Assembly: GCF_964204645.1 (NCBI RefSeq)
Contig: NC_134032.1
Span: 5,568,275-5,632,274, forward strand
Length of the DNA stretch: 64,000 nt
DNA from: Tubulanus polymorphus
Taxonomy: Eukaryota; Animalia; Nemertea
Reading direction: 5' to 3'
A program made the position numbers and the translations under genes. Numbering within the stretch: the first letter of the stretch is position 1; every line of letters begins with the position of its first letter. Shown one piece after another: positions 10,205-25,200 of this stretch. Below the pieces are notes generated by a model. That model worked only from the letters and a program-made list of their open reading frames with translations, made no database searches and had not been told where the DNA came from.

Positions 10205-13200
10205 CTAAAATGGAACAGAATGGGAGAACTCATCAATCTTATTCACAAACTTTTGAAAGTTCATGGAGGTGACTCTGTCAAGAGACCCTTAAAAAGAGAC
10301 TAGAAATTTGTCTCAAATAGTAGTTGTAGTCAGGTTTGGTTCAGGGATGCAGGCTTTCCAGGATACTGTTGTTTTCGTACAAACAACATTTTCGCCGTCA
10401 AAAAATTGTCCTTTTTTTCCCCAATCCTGAAAAATTCCTTTGAGGAAATGTGCAATGAAAATCAATATTCATTCTCTAAAGATATCATAGTGGTCTTGTT
10501 TTAGTTCATTCCAATATAACGATCTGTTTTAATGATAAAATGCGTGGCTGATGATGTATTAATAGTAGCTCATATCCTAACTACCTGCCCTAAAAGCCAG
10601 CCATAGTATAATTGCCCAGGGAGCTGGCTACTGGTTCAGCTCCCGATTCAAAATGCTTTTGAACCGGGAGCCGAATCGGGAACCGGGAGCCGGCTACTAG
10701 TTCGGCTCCCGATTCAAAATGTGAAGCTGGCTACTTATTCGCCAGGTGGCGCTGGTATACACTATGCCGTAATTTCTAGAAAATTTATGTTTGGTAACCA
10801 AGAGTTAGAGGTAGTTGAAGATTATTTGTATCTTAGAGTAAAATTCAACTGGAATGGCAGTTTTGCTAAAGCAAAAAAATGTCTTTATGATAAAGCTATG
10901 AGAGCCATGTTTTCTATTATTCAGAAGGGTAGACGTTTGAAACTTCCGATAGATGTAATGCTTAAACTATTTGACATGTGTGTCGCTCCTGTAGCACTAT
11001 ACGGCTGCGAAATCTGGGGTTATGAGAATCTCGATTTACTAGAAAACCTCCACTGCTTATTCTGTAAGATTATTATGAAAGTTACGAAATATTCCCATAA
11101 TGTGCAAGTGCTGGCAGAGCTAGGGCGTTATCCTATGTATATTGACGTAAAGCGTAGAATGATCAATTTTTGGGCTAAAACGGGATCGTGCAAGCAAACT
11201 AAACTAAGTTCAATCCTTTATAAAATATCTCTCAATTTTTATATTAATGACAGGTATTTATTATGAAGATTTTTGATGACTGCGGTCTATCGTATATTTG
11301 GACGCAGCAATTAATGGTTAACTCTATGACACTCTCGAAGAAATTAAAATGTGTACTCCGAGACCAGCACGTACAAGAGATAGATTTTAAGTTGAATAAT
11401 AACTCGCTATACACTAATTTTAGGCAATATCAGAAGGATATTAAATTTGAAAACTATATTAATCAGCTTGATGACGATTTAGTGACCAGTTTATTCCAGT
11501 TCAGGATTGGGTCTTATCTCCTACCTGTAAATAGATTATCAAACCTTCATTTACCCAGAACCGATAGATTATGCCCCGCCTGCAACGTTTTAGGGGACGA
11601 AGTACATTTTATTTTCGATTGTAATTTGCTTACCGAACCCCGTGAAAACCACTTAGATATAAATACCTTTCGGAACTTAGATGTATTAAAAAATCCAACT
11701 TTAAATATGGCTAAATTCATCAAAATAGGTCTAGATGTATATAAATCCCTCCGGTAGTGTATGTGTTGTAAATATATGTATTGTAAATAGTATATTTTGT
11801 ACATAAGTGTGAGACCAGTTAATTAAGTTTTGTAGCTTTTATTACTGTTTATGTAATTATTGTAAATACTGTTTTCCTCCATATACCATGGAAATGGTTG
11901 GAGTGTAAATAAATATTCGTATTCGTATTCGTATTCCGTAGTCCAGACATTTTACGTAACTATGTCTACTCTGCTGATAAAGTCGACCTCGACCTTGACA
12001 ACAAATCGCCAGGTGATGGCGCGAGCCAATCCAGACGTCTAAACACGATTGCGTATGCGACCGCGAGAGCGGTCAGCTGTATGTAGCTATACGTCAGTAA
12101 GCTGCGTCTATTAATAACATAACTTGGTTTAAGAACGTGTGTATTGCTCGGTCGTTTTTCTCGTCACCGAATCGACTTCTTCATATGTTATTCGCCTCTT
12201 TAATCCTTTAATCAATAAACCATCGATTGTTCCCAAGCTATAGGGTATTAATTAGTCAGCACTGAAAGGGTTAACGAATCCCCAAGTAAACAATATCTGC
12301 AAGCCCATGAAATTGTAAGATATAAAATAAACAGACGCTTTCTGCCCGCCGTATAAATCACCCTTCATGCAGGGTAAATCCATTGTCAAAGATGAAAAAA
12401 CAATCACTTCAATATTCTATTAAACTTAATATTTTCCTATCTATCAAATTCCATAGGAAAAAGACCAGGAACCGGGAGCCGGTTCCCGGTTCCCGATTCG
12501 GCTCACGATTGAAAATGATTTTCAAATATGTTGACAATATTTCAATACACATTTCAATAGCCAACTTCATATCGCTGACAAAGGTAAACCAATTAACTAA
12601 CCCGAGGCAGAAGAACAACAAATCATGCAATGTAACAAATCATGCAGTACATCTTTCTTGTATCAGACCGATGATCCTCACATCGCAGTATTCTCCACTA
12701 TTACATTCCCCAGAATTGACGTCATCCGCGTCTCTGTAGGCAGACAAAATGAAATTAGGTCACCGGCGTCTCTGTAGTCAACGAGCAACAGCTGACGCTC
12801 ACATCGCGCAAATGTTTGTTTTCATCATCGCGCACAATGACGTCACGCGGAAAGTCCAAACTTAATAGTAGAAAAGTCTACCTAAACTTTATCGTATCGG
12901 CACGAAATCTATTCGTAAACACAGATCAGACCATCCTCTTTCAATCCATACCACTCAACGCGTATTCGAAGCCACACGAACGGAGATTACGCGCTACAAA
13001 GTTAATACGCTATGGCTTAGCCGCTTATAGTATAGAATATAGTTGCATAGTAACTGTGTATTGAAGTCACACGCGTGTTGTTAATTCAGACGTCTCGATT
13101 AGCCTGGTGGCCGAGGTCAGGTTGCACTCATTTCAGCAGACATAGTTACGTAATTATGTTTACCTGCTGTCCGCAATAGAGTCGAATCGAATAAGTAGCC

Positions 13201-16200
13201 AGCTTCACATTTTGAATCGGGAGCCGAACCAGTAGCCGGCTACCGGTTCCCGGTTCAAGGTTCGGCTCCCGACTCAAAATGGTTTTGAACCGGGAACCAG
13301 TAGCCGGTTCAAAAGCATTTTGAATCGGGAGCTGAACCAGTAGCCGGCTCCCGATTCGGCTCCCGGTTCAAAAGCATTTTGAATCGGGAGCCGAATATGG
13401 AACCGGGAACCGGGAGCCAGCTTCACAGGGGTAATAATACATAGTAATTATAGCGTAGACCACTTGATATACTTACAAAACATGCATTGAAAATGGCACC
13501 CAATTTCCAAAATTTCCCCCAATTGGGCTTCGCACCAGCAGTGTTTATCTTGCCATGGATACAGGCATGTACAATTTCCGAATAATACTGCAAAATTTCT
13601 TATAATGATCATGGAAACCCTGGGTAGGAAGGGTTAGAAAGTTGAAACAAAACTAGAATGTGGCAAGACCACATATGTCTCCACGGTGTAAGTAAATAGT
13701 AGAGGCAAGAAATTGAAGACAGGTAACAAACATAAACAGCAGTATACTTATATTATTCATTGACTTAGTTAGTTAGTAAAAGAAGAATGCAGGTAATCCT
13801 GTCTTTACTCTCACATCAAGTTTCATGGATATGCATCAGATATTGCAGGCTGTATGTTTACAAGAAATTGATGGCTGCTAACCTCTATTTTCAATAGGGC
13901 AGGACATCTCATCCGACCCAATCCTCACACCGAGCTTCATCCATCAAGAGCTGGAATTACGCCTCGCAGCCTTAAGCACCCCTTGCAATACCCTCCCCTG
14001 CTTAATAAGAATTCAAGGTCGAAGACAGATAAACCTGTCATCACTCTCACATCAAGTTTCATGGATATCCATCAGATATTCAAATCTGCTTCATTTAGAA
14101 GTTTATATGACATCAATTTTTTTCATGTATTAAGCATCCAAGAAAACAAATATGGCTGCCAGTTGGTCATCTTGGATCCAATAACAAAATAAAATGCACA
14201 TGCACAACTACAAATTCAGACAAACATATGTGTTAAGGAGCAAGAGAGAGCCAGTAGTTATGGAGACCTCTGGACAAGATTGTGTCCATGGACGGACGAC
14301 AGACACTGAACGACCTGGCTGCTGACTTTGTTGCGGGGGTATAATTATAGGCTGTATCATGCTAACAAGAATATTCAAGATATTTGCCCATTTGCCCTGA
14401 CGGATATATTTCATGGCTGATGACCTCCATTTTCGATAGTTGATTCAAGTTCACCTACCGATAGCTGATACGCAGCGTGTACGATTTTCAGCACCTTTCC
14501 AGGACCAAATCCAAATTTCCATGTTTACTTAATGAGGAACTCACTAAGGCAGATTTGAGAGTTTAATTGAAAGCCATCATCAGTACGCCTGATGATGGCT
14601 AATAGTTTATGGCTGAAGCGCTACTCATTTTTTCAAGAACTTTCTATCTTTTTGCTCAAATTATTGCGGGTTTCCAACATAGGGATCAAAATATTTCGAG
14701 ACGCTTTTTTCAAACTTTTCAAACACATTTTGATGATTTTTCATAAATTTCCCCCCTTTTTTCACATTTTGTTTTCAATCAATCTGACTGGTGATTTATT
14801 TTTCTTGGGATCGTACCTTCTGGTTGGTTTTCCAGTTCGCAGTCCTCCCTGAATGGACAATGCATCGCGACGTGACGCTGGTAACTGCGTTGAAATCCGA
14901 ACAGTTTGTTGCATTTGAAACACTGATAATTCCTGTTGCCTTCGCAGTATGAAAGGTGTTGTTTACGCAGGTAACTCGTCATATGCGTCAAATCTTTCTC
15001 GCAAACCGGACATTTCTCAACTTCCGAATGAACCTACAACGTTCAAATTCATTAGCTTCAAGTCAACTTGATTAATTCAACTTTAAAAGAAGGGTCTGAA
15101 CTTTAAAAGATCGGTCATTTTCTGATGATAGAGGGATTCATGAAGGCAGCCATCTTTCCTGAAAGGGTCTATAGGGGATTTAAAATATCATAGGAGGATT
15201 TACAAAGGGTTAACCTGGGGTTGATAAGGGGATCAACTAGGATAAGCCATCTATCTCTCTAGACAAGGGTCTATATGGAAATTAATTACATCATAGGGAA
15301 ATCGACATCATAGGGTGAATCTTAAATTACCAGTTTATGTTCGTCTAACTCATCTATTGTATAAAAGCGTCTGCTGCAGCCGCCGTGCGTACAGATATGA
15401 GGCCGCGTCAGTTGATGTTTCGTTTCAAGATGTGTGTTAAGCATGTCACGGCGCGCATACGCTTTACGGCACAGCGAACATGCATATTTCAAATTGCCTG
15501 TGTGACTGCGGTTTATATGCGCCAGCAGGTTGTGTTTCGCCGTGAATTTCTGATGGCAGTATTTGCATACGAAGTTGCCCTCAACATTGCGGTAGAATTT
15601 CGGCACGTTTTTGTCATCCATTTCTGAGTGTAAGGAAAAATATGGTAGAAATATTGTTTACGGACGGTGTTAAATAGACAGACAGGTACACTTTTAAAAG
15701 CAATAGTAATTTAATTTCAACTTCAACTAGGTATCAATCAGTCATCTCCTTCCTTGGGGAGAAATAACATCCAAGCAACTACTCAGTGCTCAGGAGTCAT
15801 CTATCAGGCTATGAACCCATTTTCTCCTGGGTGGAGGGAGGCAATGTGGATAAGTATGTTCTTTATTTTGAACAGGGTGGCCACTTTTAAATGATTCGCT
15901 TTCCCCTGACTTCCCTCCAGACATGTAAATTGTTTTCACAGCTTGATCTGCTAGGAATTCAATCCAACGCAGTGACATATGCCCATAGGCAGTGGTTTAC
16001 CTTGAAAACTGGAGCTTGTTTGGAGCTTATGAAATATCGTTTTAATTTCTAGAGTTTAAAGCTCTAGTTCATATTGTATTTTATCTTTTTCAAATACTTA
16101 TCTTGTAGTCAAATAAGGCCAAAATATACATCTGGTTACAGTCCAAAATTTGGTAGGGTACAGTAAGGTAGGGAAACTATTTCACATTTTGATAAGATAT

Positions 16201-19200
16201 TTTTCACACTATGAAAAATAATTGAATAAAATTCATATCATATAACCAATCAGAGGTAAACCCTGGATTTTAAGATTTTAACCTTGGACTTAGATATTGA
16301 CCTTGACCTATACACCAAGCAAGACAATAGATTGTTGCTTAGTATTTTCCGGTCACGAGAAATCACAATTTAACACAATTTAACACAAATTCTACCAAAC
16401 AGAAAACAGTGCTCATCTTCTGCTATAATAGTTTAAATGATTATTCATGATAAGCGTATTTTCATGTCAAATGTGCTTTCTTTTAACGCCACTTTAACAC
16501 TGCATTCATACGCGCACCAGCAAGCAGCGTTACAGTATCATTATGTAATCGTGTATACTGTACGAGCGTGTGTGTGCAACAGTTTACCGATTAGCACTCC
16601 GATGCGGGTGAAAGTCATAAGTGAATATTCGCTTACACTTCAATGGTCAATCAAAACAAGCACCGGGTATTAAATGAAACAACAATACCAACGGTAGAAT
16701 TATTGTGACAAGCTGAGCATTTGGAATCTGCATGAGTACGGTACCTGGTGCAATAAAACATTTGCCATATTATGACTTTCCCATAATTATGTTTGTAGTG
16801 CCGGAATTCCCAGAATTTCCTGTATACCCCAAAAACAGCCAATCACATTTGCTTGTAGAGATGATGCCCCTAAGCAATGTCATTGCAATTTTATATGCAA
16901 GAGCTAAGAATTTTTGGAGAATTTCAACAAAGCTGAAAATGTCATTGACGGAGGTTTTGCATGTCTTCAATCACATCAATTATACATCTTTTTGGCCAAA
17001 AACCAATGAAACAAATGCTCACATAAAACAATGTACAGCAATTTTACATAATTGGCTCAATGCCAACTCCAATATCGCTAACAAAGGTAAACCTAATGGG
17101 AAACTGATTATGTATACCATCTACCATCTTAAATTTACCTGATTATTCCCCGACTTTTTAAAGGAAAGAAATTCCTTGACTTACTATATAATAAGCCGAG
17201 GCCCCTCATCACGAGATTTTAATTCACTGATTTGTCAATAAGTTTGTCTTAATTGACGACGTATGAGGCTGACAATACGCGCCTGCCGATGTGTGAGTGC
17301 TGTGTATACTATCATCACCGAGTCACTGTGCTATATATAGACTCGCTCAGGTGATTACTAACACACAGAGTCGTATATTGAAACCTACATTCGCAAACAC
17401 ACGGCTGACTGCTGGCGCGCATATATACAAATGTACTAGCGTTGCGCAGTATTAGATTGCCGCTGTGGTGATGAAAGAAACAAAGTAACAAAATAGTTCT
17501 AAATAGATTATTGGTAGTAAATAGTGACCTCAAAAAAATATGGAACACTCTTATTGAATTTGATGATCTTCAGGAGCATTAGGCGACATGGTTTGGGAAG
17601 TAATTATTTACGTCAGATCGTACCGTCCAATCAGCCGATCATGATTTTGGGGTAAAAACCTAAGGCTAGAAAATCGGCTTGTTAGCCAGAAAATATTGGT
17701 CTTGGAATTGAGGGCAAAAATCACCTTTTTGGGCACATAAAAGGTATCCAGTGCCTGATCGACCCAATTTTTCTCATGCTGATGTACCATAAGGGGGTTA
17801 CAAACATATGAGAAAAATCAAGGTAATTGATTGAATGGTTTCAAAATTTCCCTTGAAAACTTCAAAAATGTGCAATATGTACGGACTTTGACGAACCAAA
17901 ATAGCCATTGGTCGGCCATATTAAATCTGACCGGTCTAGTTTTTGGGCTGAATATGTGTTTGAGATAGATGCATGTGTAAACTAAATATCAAGACAATCC
18001 ATTCTTGCGTCTACGGACGCATGAAGGGCAAAAAGTGAACACAGTAGCCCGCTAGAGCTAAAGCGCCAAGTGGTTTAAACAGTTAAAGCATATTCAATAT
18101 TCAATTTCAATTTCTTTTATTTCTAGAGAATGACGTTGACGGATCTGTAAAACAAAATAACGTAGAATGTGGCGTTTCCCCGGGTAAGCAGTTTTAAATC
18201 CATCCATTAAATTTCATGAAAATCAATGTAGAATTATAGGCTGTATTGCACTATTTGTCCTATGTTTTGAAATTTTTTACGGTTTGAAGTCTTAATAACC
18301 GAGCCCACTCATATGCCTCTAACCTTGCGAAAACAACGTCCTTATGAGAATTTCACAGTTTTCATGTTTCTATTTGGTTTTCACTAATGGAGCCCCTCTA
18401 CTCGACACAAAAAGATTTACCGTCTATGATTTGTTGTTTGATTGCCTCCACATCCATCGTGTCAAATTCATCTTCATTCATTTCATCTGCCAAAAAAAAA
18501 GAATTTGGATAAGTCAGATTTAGGCTATTCCGCATTATTTTCATCCATGACCTTAATTAAGACATAGGGGTCAAATCAATGAACTCTGGAATCCCAGGGC
18601 TGGTGGAAGCAAGATGACATTGGCTGAGCTCATATCCAACGGGGTGAGGCTTTTTTTTAAGACATAGGGGTCAAATCAATGAACTCTGGAATCCCAGGGC
18701 TGGTGGAAGCAAGATGACATTGGCTGAGCTCATATCCAACGGGGTGAGGCTTTTTTTTAATGGTTGCATTTTGAAGGCTCTGGGGCAATTTGAGAACATA
18801 TTTTCCCGGTATTATGATTCAGGTTGGTGTTATGGATCATAATGTATAAGACGCAGCTGTTTCATAGTTCATAACAAACACGTTTTCAGGGATGGGAGTC
18901 TGCCTAGCCTAAGTTTTTGAATAACCTTTTGAAAAAGTGGCTCCATTGGCAATGAATTCACATCTTTACAATCTGCTTTTTCCACATTTCTCCGCAGCTA
19001 AATATCTTAAGGATTTTTTCTTGATTTTTTTCACATTTTCACAACTTTTCACATCAATTTCAGCCCTAACGGGTTCCTTACATTGTCGTTTAGGAGTCCT
19101 TTGTGTTTCCAATGGACTGCTCTCTAAAAGTTGACCCTGTGCCTTTAGTTTCATCTTCGCGCACAACCACAGGCTCTCCTTGTGTTTCGATAAACCCCTG

Positions 19201-22200
19201 AAAAATCCAGTCAATCCTACAGTGACAAGGTGGCCACTTTCTGCCCATTTGCAAATTCCCTGAGTTTTCTCCCCCTGATTTTTTATTACCTAAGTGAATC
19301 TGCTGTAGTTGAATGGAGAAACTTTTTGGTTTGAATATGGGCTTTGACCTTGTTGGTGTGTTAAAAATGATAAAATTTATCGTAATGTACGATAAAAACT
19401 CCACCGGGATCGCGATGATGCAACTGTTTTACCCATGATCAAATGCACACCCCTCTCTATCTATACTATACAGAAAGGCAGGAAACGCTCTTATCTCTGT
19501 AATGCTTAAATCTACCTGCAATTATCAGGACAGCTGACGTCACAGCAATCCGGAAGAGGCATTTGGGTATTTCTGACAGAACACTCATGCCCCACCAGGA
19601 GGGTTTCCTGCCTTTCTGTATAGTATAGTAAACGATGGGCACGCATTGCATGATTACAAAACATGGCGGATTATCGAAGTAGGAATAACATATCGCTGGT
19701 AAAATATTAGATATTTATTCAATATCAAAGCCCATATTCAAGTGCCTGCGCTAATTCATTTTTCATGATTTCTGATAGATTTAACCCTTTCTCACTCAAA
19801 TTTTGTTTTTACAATGACCCCTTTGTGATTCCTATTGTCTTGAAGAAACTTTGAAGAGATAGTCCCATAAAAGTATCTATTTTTTTCTGGTAGATAATTA
19901 CAAGATGCATCTCGGAATGTTTGGTTCAGCCTTTTTATGTTGGCATAAACTCATCTGGGTTTCTATGGAAACCAAGTAAAAATATCAAAATTTTAACACA
20001 AAATACTCCTATATTTGAAAATGTTTATTTAGAATGTATGAATTCATTTATTTCACAAGCTGAAAGTTTTACATTTAACTAATAACATCAAATAACATAT
20101 TTTTATCAGAAAAACCATCATCGTCACTGCTTCTAGCCTGATCGTCATCACTAGAAGAATTGTCCCAAAAGACGTAGAATCATTCCGCATTTGGTAAACA
20201 GTTCTTTTCGACATTATTTTGACAAAAAATCTACTCATAAACTCAAAAAGAAATGAAAAACAGTCGATCTCATAAACTCAGTCGACCTTAAAACATTGCG
20301 CGAGGTAGATATGACACTATACTACCGAAAACCTCGCTTCCCTGTGTAGGTACGTAATATCACATATGGAAGTATGAACGGAAAATAAAAATCGGATGTT
20401 TTATTACGTATGAAAGTGAGAAAGGGTTAAGAAATGCATTGTCATTAGCATATCTGAATTCCCAGAGTTTTCCAGTTGTTTCAAACTCCCGGAGTATTCC
20501 CTGATTTCTTTCTAGATTTTTCTTATTGCCAGAGTTTTCAAGGTTTTCCCATTCAGTGGCCACCCGGTGTGATAAAAAGGCTCAGTTTTATGAGTGGTTT
20601 CAAGCCAGCTTTGGCCTACGGGGTTTTCCGTCACGCTGAAAGCTTTCCACTGCTGACCCAGCATGAGAAAAAACCTTTTAGACCCTAAACCCTAACCTAA
20701 TAGAATCTAGACATTAGTTTACTGCAGTTGAAAAGGCCTCCATTTTCATTTACGGTGCCAGGATATGGGAGTTAGAAAAGATTGCCTTCTAAGCAACCCA
20801 GTCCAGAAATTTGACAACTGAAAATGATTCATTTAGACAGCATAATTTCACAAGTATTAAGATGTGCGTGTTCAAAGGAGATATCCCCAAAATGTATCTA
20901 TCTAAACAGATACAAACCTGACGGATAGAAACACTCTTTCGCATTCATCACATTGAACTGACTCGGGGTGAGTATGCAGAACCATGTGGTTCTTACGCAT
21001 CGCAGCATCATAGTGCAGTAAATTCTTATCGCAGTATGCACAGTGATGAGGCATGTGGTCAATCTGTTTATGCAGTAGTAAATGTTCCTCGGTGAAATAG
21101 AGTTCGTCACACAGTGTACATTCAAACTCAGGATCCATCGAATGAATTGCTATGAAAATATGGATAGAACGGACGTTAAATACATTGATAAGCAGTTGAA
21201 TAGCCCCTACATTAAGATAGGCCTATGGAGAATAGATGATATCAAAAATACATAAAATCTTCTTTATGTATTCGATGGATGATGTATTTTTGATGATATG
21301 ATTAAAGAGCCACTACTCGTATATGTGAATTCAAAAGATTATGAACAAACTTTTTTTATTGAAATCATAAAAGAAAAGACATATTATGAACTCTCTCTCT
21401 GCTAATGTAAGGATGAGAGTCCGTAACATCGTGTCTTATAATTCTTCATTGAATGAATACATTTTGTTTTTTCATATCTTAAATTTGTATATAGTTGGTT
21501 TTAATCTTAGTATCTACTCTATTAACTACCAGCCTATTCTAATATTGGCATGTTCTTGTCTTTATTCATTACTAGTAATGGGTTTTCAACTTAATGCCTT
21601 CGGGTTAAGGCTTTCGAAAGATATTCAGGGCTACATTTTTCAAAGCGGTGATAAGCCTTTACCCGGTGGTAAATCGCTATCCCAGTGTTTAATATTTCCA
21701 TCACTGGGATAGTGCGTTTTTGAAACCTGTGTTATCAGCGGGATGAAATCAGGATAAAGTTAACACACCCTCAATGTGGTGGTAGCAACGCTATCACCAG
21801 GATAAATCGTCAAAATGTCATGAAAATGTATTAGTTGTGACTTGTAAAATGTCGTTTTGTAGAGTGACACAGGCCCTAGAAACAAAATATCCTTTTTTTT
21901 CATTGCAATAATTGCATGGGGTCTGATCAAAGCATTGAGCTAGGGGTCCAGGGATACCATGCCCACTTGGGAAGTGGTTTCAAATGCTCAATTATCTAAC
22001 AATTTCAATATTCAACGCCTCCTGGTGACCATATACAAAAACCAATGACCTTGAAACTCACCACAATCATAGAATATGTCAGCAGCTACCATTTTGTAAT
22101 TGATTGTGATAACAAAATATGCCTCGTTACCAATTTAATATGGAAATACAAAGTTATTCTACTATCCAGCGCCCCTGGTGACCATATTCAAAACCCAATG

Positions 22201-25200
22201 ATCTTGAAACTCACCACAATCATAGAAAATGTAATGAACTACAACTGCAATTGATCATGGTAACAAGATATGACTAGGTACCAATATAATGAGGAAATAC
22301 TAAGTTATTATACTATTCAGTGCCCCCTGGTGACCATATAGAATAACTAATGTCCTTAAAACTCATAACAGTCATAGACGATGTCATGAGCTACAACTTT
22401 GCAATTGATTGTGGTAACAAATTATGCATTGGTACAAATATAATATAGAAATACTAAGATATTGTATTATTCAATGCCCCCTGGTGGCCATATACAACAA
22501 CCAATGACCTTAAAACTCATTACAATCATAGAACACATTATAAGCTACACTTTTCTAATTCATTGTGGTAACAAAATATGCTTAGGTATCAATATAATGT
22601 TGAAAAACTTTTTCCCACCTACGAATGAGTACTGATGACACCAAGTGGCCGCCAATTGCATCATAATTGGCCGATCAAAAATACCTGTCCCAGGTAAAAA
22701 AACATCCCTTTCCAAAGGATATTGACATTTTAAGGCACTAATAAGGTCATAGGACGGCCATCTTGAGTCCGATCGACCCAATTTTTGTTGTGCTGATCGG
22801 CGATTCAAATAAATACGAAAGATCAAGGTAATTGATAAATGCATCTTCAAAATTTCCCAAAATTTCAAAAATGTGTTAAAAGTGCTGATTTTGGAGAACA
22901 ACAATGGCTGCCAGTCGGCCATCTTAATTCTGACAGGGCCAGTTTTTGGGCCGAAGATGTGTCTAGGGTAGATACATGTGTAACCCAAATATCACGACAT
23001 TACATTGGAGAGTCTTTAAAACTTCCCAAAATAACTGGATTCCGTCTACTGATGGACGGACGAACGGACGGACGACGTACGAAAAGTGAACGCAATAGCC
23101 TGCTGGGACTAAAGTCCCAAGTGGGCTAAAAATGAGAATTTATTCCTGTGAAAACAATCACCGGGATTGTGAAATTTAACATCGGGTTAGCCTTATCACA
23201 GGGATAACTTAACACGGCTTTGAAAAACGCAAGCCAGGGTAAGGTTTTGTTTTCAAAAGTCATAAGCCTCACATTCAAAGGGGAAAACATTATCAGGATT
23301 TCACGAAAGACGGAAAGAATACAAACGAAAATTATGTTCAGTGTTTTAATAAAAATAAATTTCAATAAATTTTAATAAGTTTATAAACACTGTAATATGT
23401 GTTTATCAAATTCAATGATAATGCATTCTAATTGAAGGCTTTTTACTTGGAGTACGGACGTTTTTCAACAATTTTCATCCCAGCAGGCGTTTTAAAGTGG
23501 TACGGGGGGAGGGGGGGAAACAAACATTCCTTTCTATTCTTCGAATCACTTACATTTCATGTGAGCATTGAAGTTGAGTAACTGTTTGAACACACGGTCA
23601 CACAATAAACAATTCAGATTTAAATCCCTCTGATGTCGCTGTCTGATATGTTCCAGTAAATAATGATTTGACTTGAATTTCATGCCACAGTGATCGCACT
23701 GGAAACCTTCACCTACAAAAATAGACAACACCAAGACTTTTTTTTTCTTTAATATGTGTTGCCGGGCTGATTATTCGGCAAATTCATTTCATAGCCTCCG
23801 TTCGGTGCTACCACCTTCATGGGACTGTATACAGTTTAAAGTTTTGGCGGGAATGATGTTAGTTTGTTGGCGGTCGCCTTTCGGGCAACCACTCTGTTGT
23901 AAAAATAAATGTTGTACTATATACTATTCCCGCAGGTTGTTTTTGGATTTTTCGGTTGTTAGAGTGACCCAGGATAAACGACGCATCAGCATCAGAGCCC
24001 CTTCACATTTGGCACCCTCGCTGGGATACAATAGGTCATCACCACACACCTATATAGGTATACGTAAGATACGTGGATTATACGTGCGAAAATTTGGTCG
24101 AAATTTAAATCAGTTGATATTGACGCGGTCACAATAGGATCTTTTGGTCGCATTCAAATCCTCGCCGAGTGCATTTCCGTAGTTCTTGTGCCCTGAAAAG
24201 CCAATATTTGCGCGAATTCTAATCATTTCTGGCTCTTTTGTCAGGTCGACGGAGAAGTGCGTAAACTGGCATGACAGGTGAAAACTCTTAAATTCAGTTT
24301 TTTTAATATTATCCCACGATCATTTTTAATATACAACATGCATATTCTGCAAGGAAACTTCAATCTTTACACCAAGTTTCACATACAGATGTAAAAGACG
24401 CGGCATATTTACCAGTTCAGGCTTATTCAGTTGATGGTTTGTTTTCTTCAATTCTGCACTGGGTTTCAGTGTGATTTCAGATTAATTTTGCTTTTTGTTC
24501 GCTTGATTGTGGAAATAGCTGGCAGGGATGAGAACGCCGACCTGTAAAATCCGCGGGTTTTTTTTTCTTGAGTTACACACGCGAACAAGTTGACGGCATA
24601 GCCGTCAGCACTAGCGAGCGCCGTAGGCGCGAAGCTATTTCTGGAGGTTTGGTGGCCCTCCCCCAAGAAAATTTTAGAAATTAAATGCGTTTTCCGAGCA
24701 CTTAGAGCGATCTTGAACCCATGAACGACTATTATATTTTGGAAGGTAATGGCTAGTTCCAATGTGGTACATCCTCATTCGATGACATTCAACATCTCAT
24801 GCAATATGGATCGAGCCCTGAATTATTGCAGTAAATATGCGCCGATGAATGCTCACTAAAAATCATCACCCAGTAGTGTATAATATCTGAAGACGTTCGC
24901 CACACACGCGCGGCAACAGTAAGTAGGCCTATATACATTACTACTGTTACCGCACGCGCGGTTCGGCAACCGATCGATAAAATACATACACACTCATTAA
25001 GATCGTAGTACAAATGTAGATACAAAATCACCGTGTTGCAATGAATATGCATTGAAATACGATACTTTTACGTGACGATGAGTAAAACAGGCACTGAACG
25101 CTTTTACGGTTCACCTGATTACCGATCGCGCCGGACCAATTGAGTGAGATCATCCCCCCCCCATACTTTTACATCATTTTTGGACTATTTGGAAAATTGG

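Noticed and set aside
20053-20238. Acidic exon-like segment in the ZF intron
   Set aside because: Inside the piggyBac-like MITE, contains a stop in the acidic frame, and is not needed for phase continuity.
20680-20702. Telomere-like CCCTAA units (also ~57070, ~60320)
   Set aside because: Only 2-3 degenerate units within MITE sequence.
21990-22600. Regularly spaced repeats resembling a CRISPR array (also 10620-10740, 13190-13430)
   Set aside because: Whole ~153-bp units are homologous with no unique spacers, there are no cas genes, and the context is eukaryotic.
24789-25052. Duplicated ORF MHIHCNTV.. (also 51509-51757)
   Set aside because: Antisense ORF inside two copies of the same hAT-like MITE.
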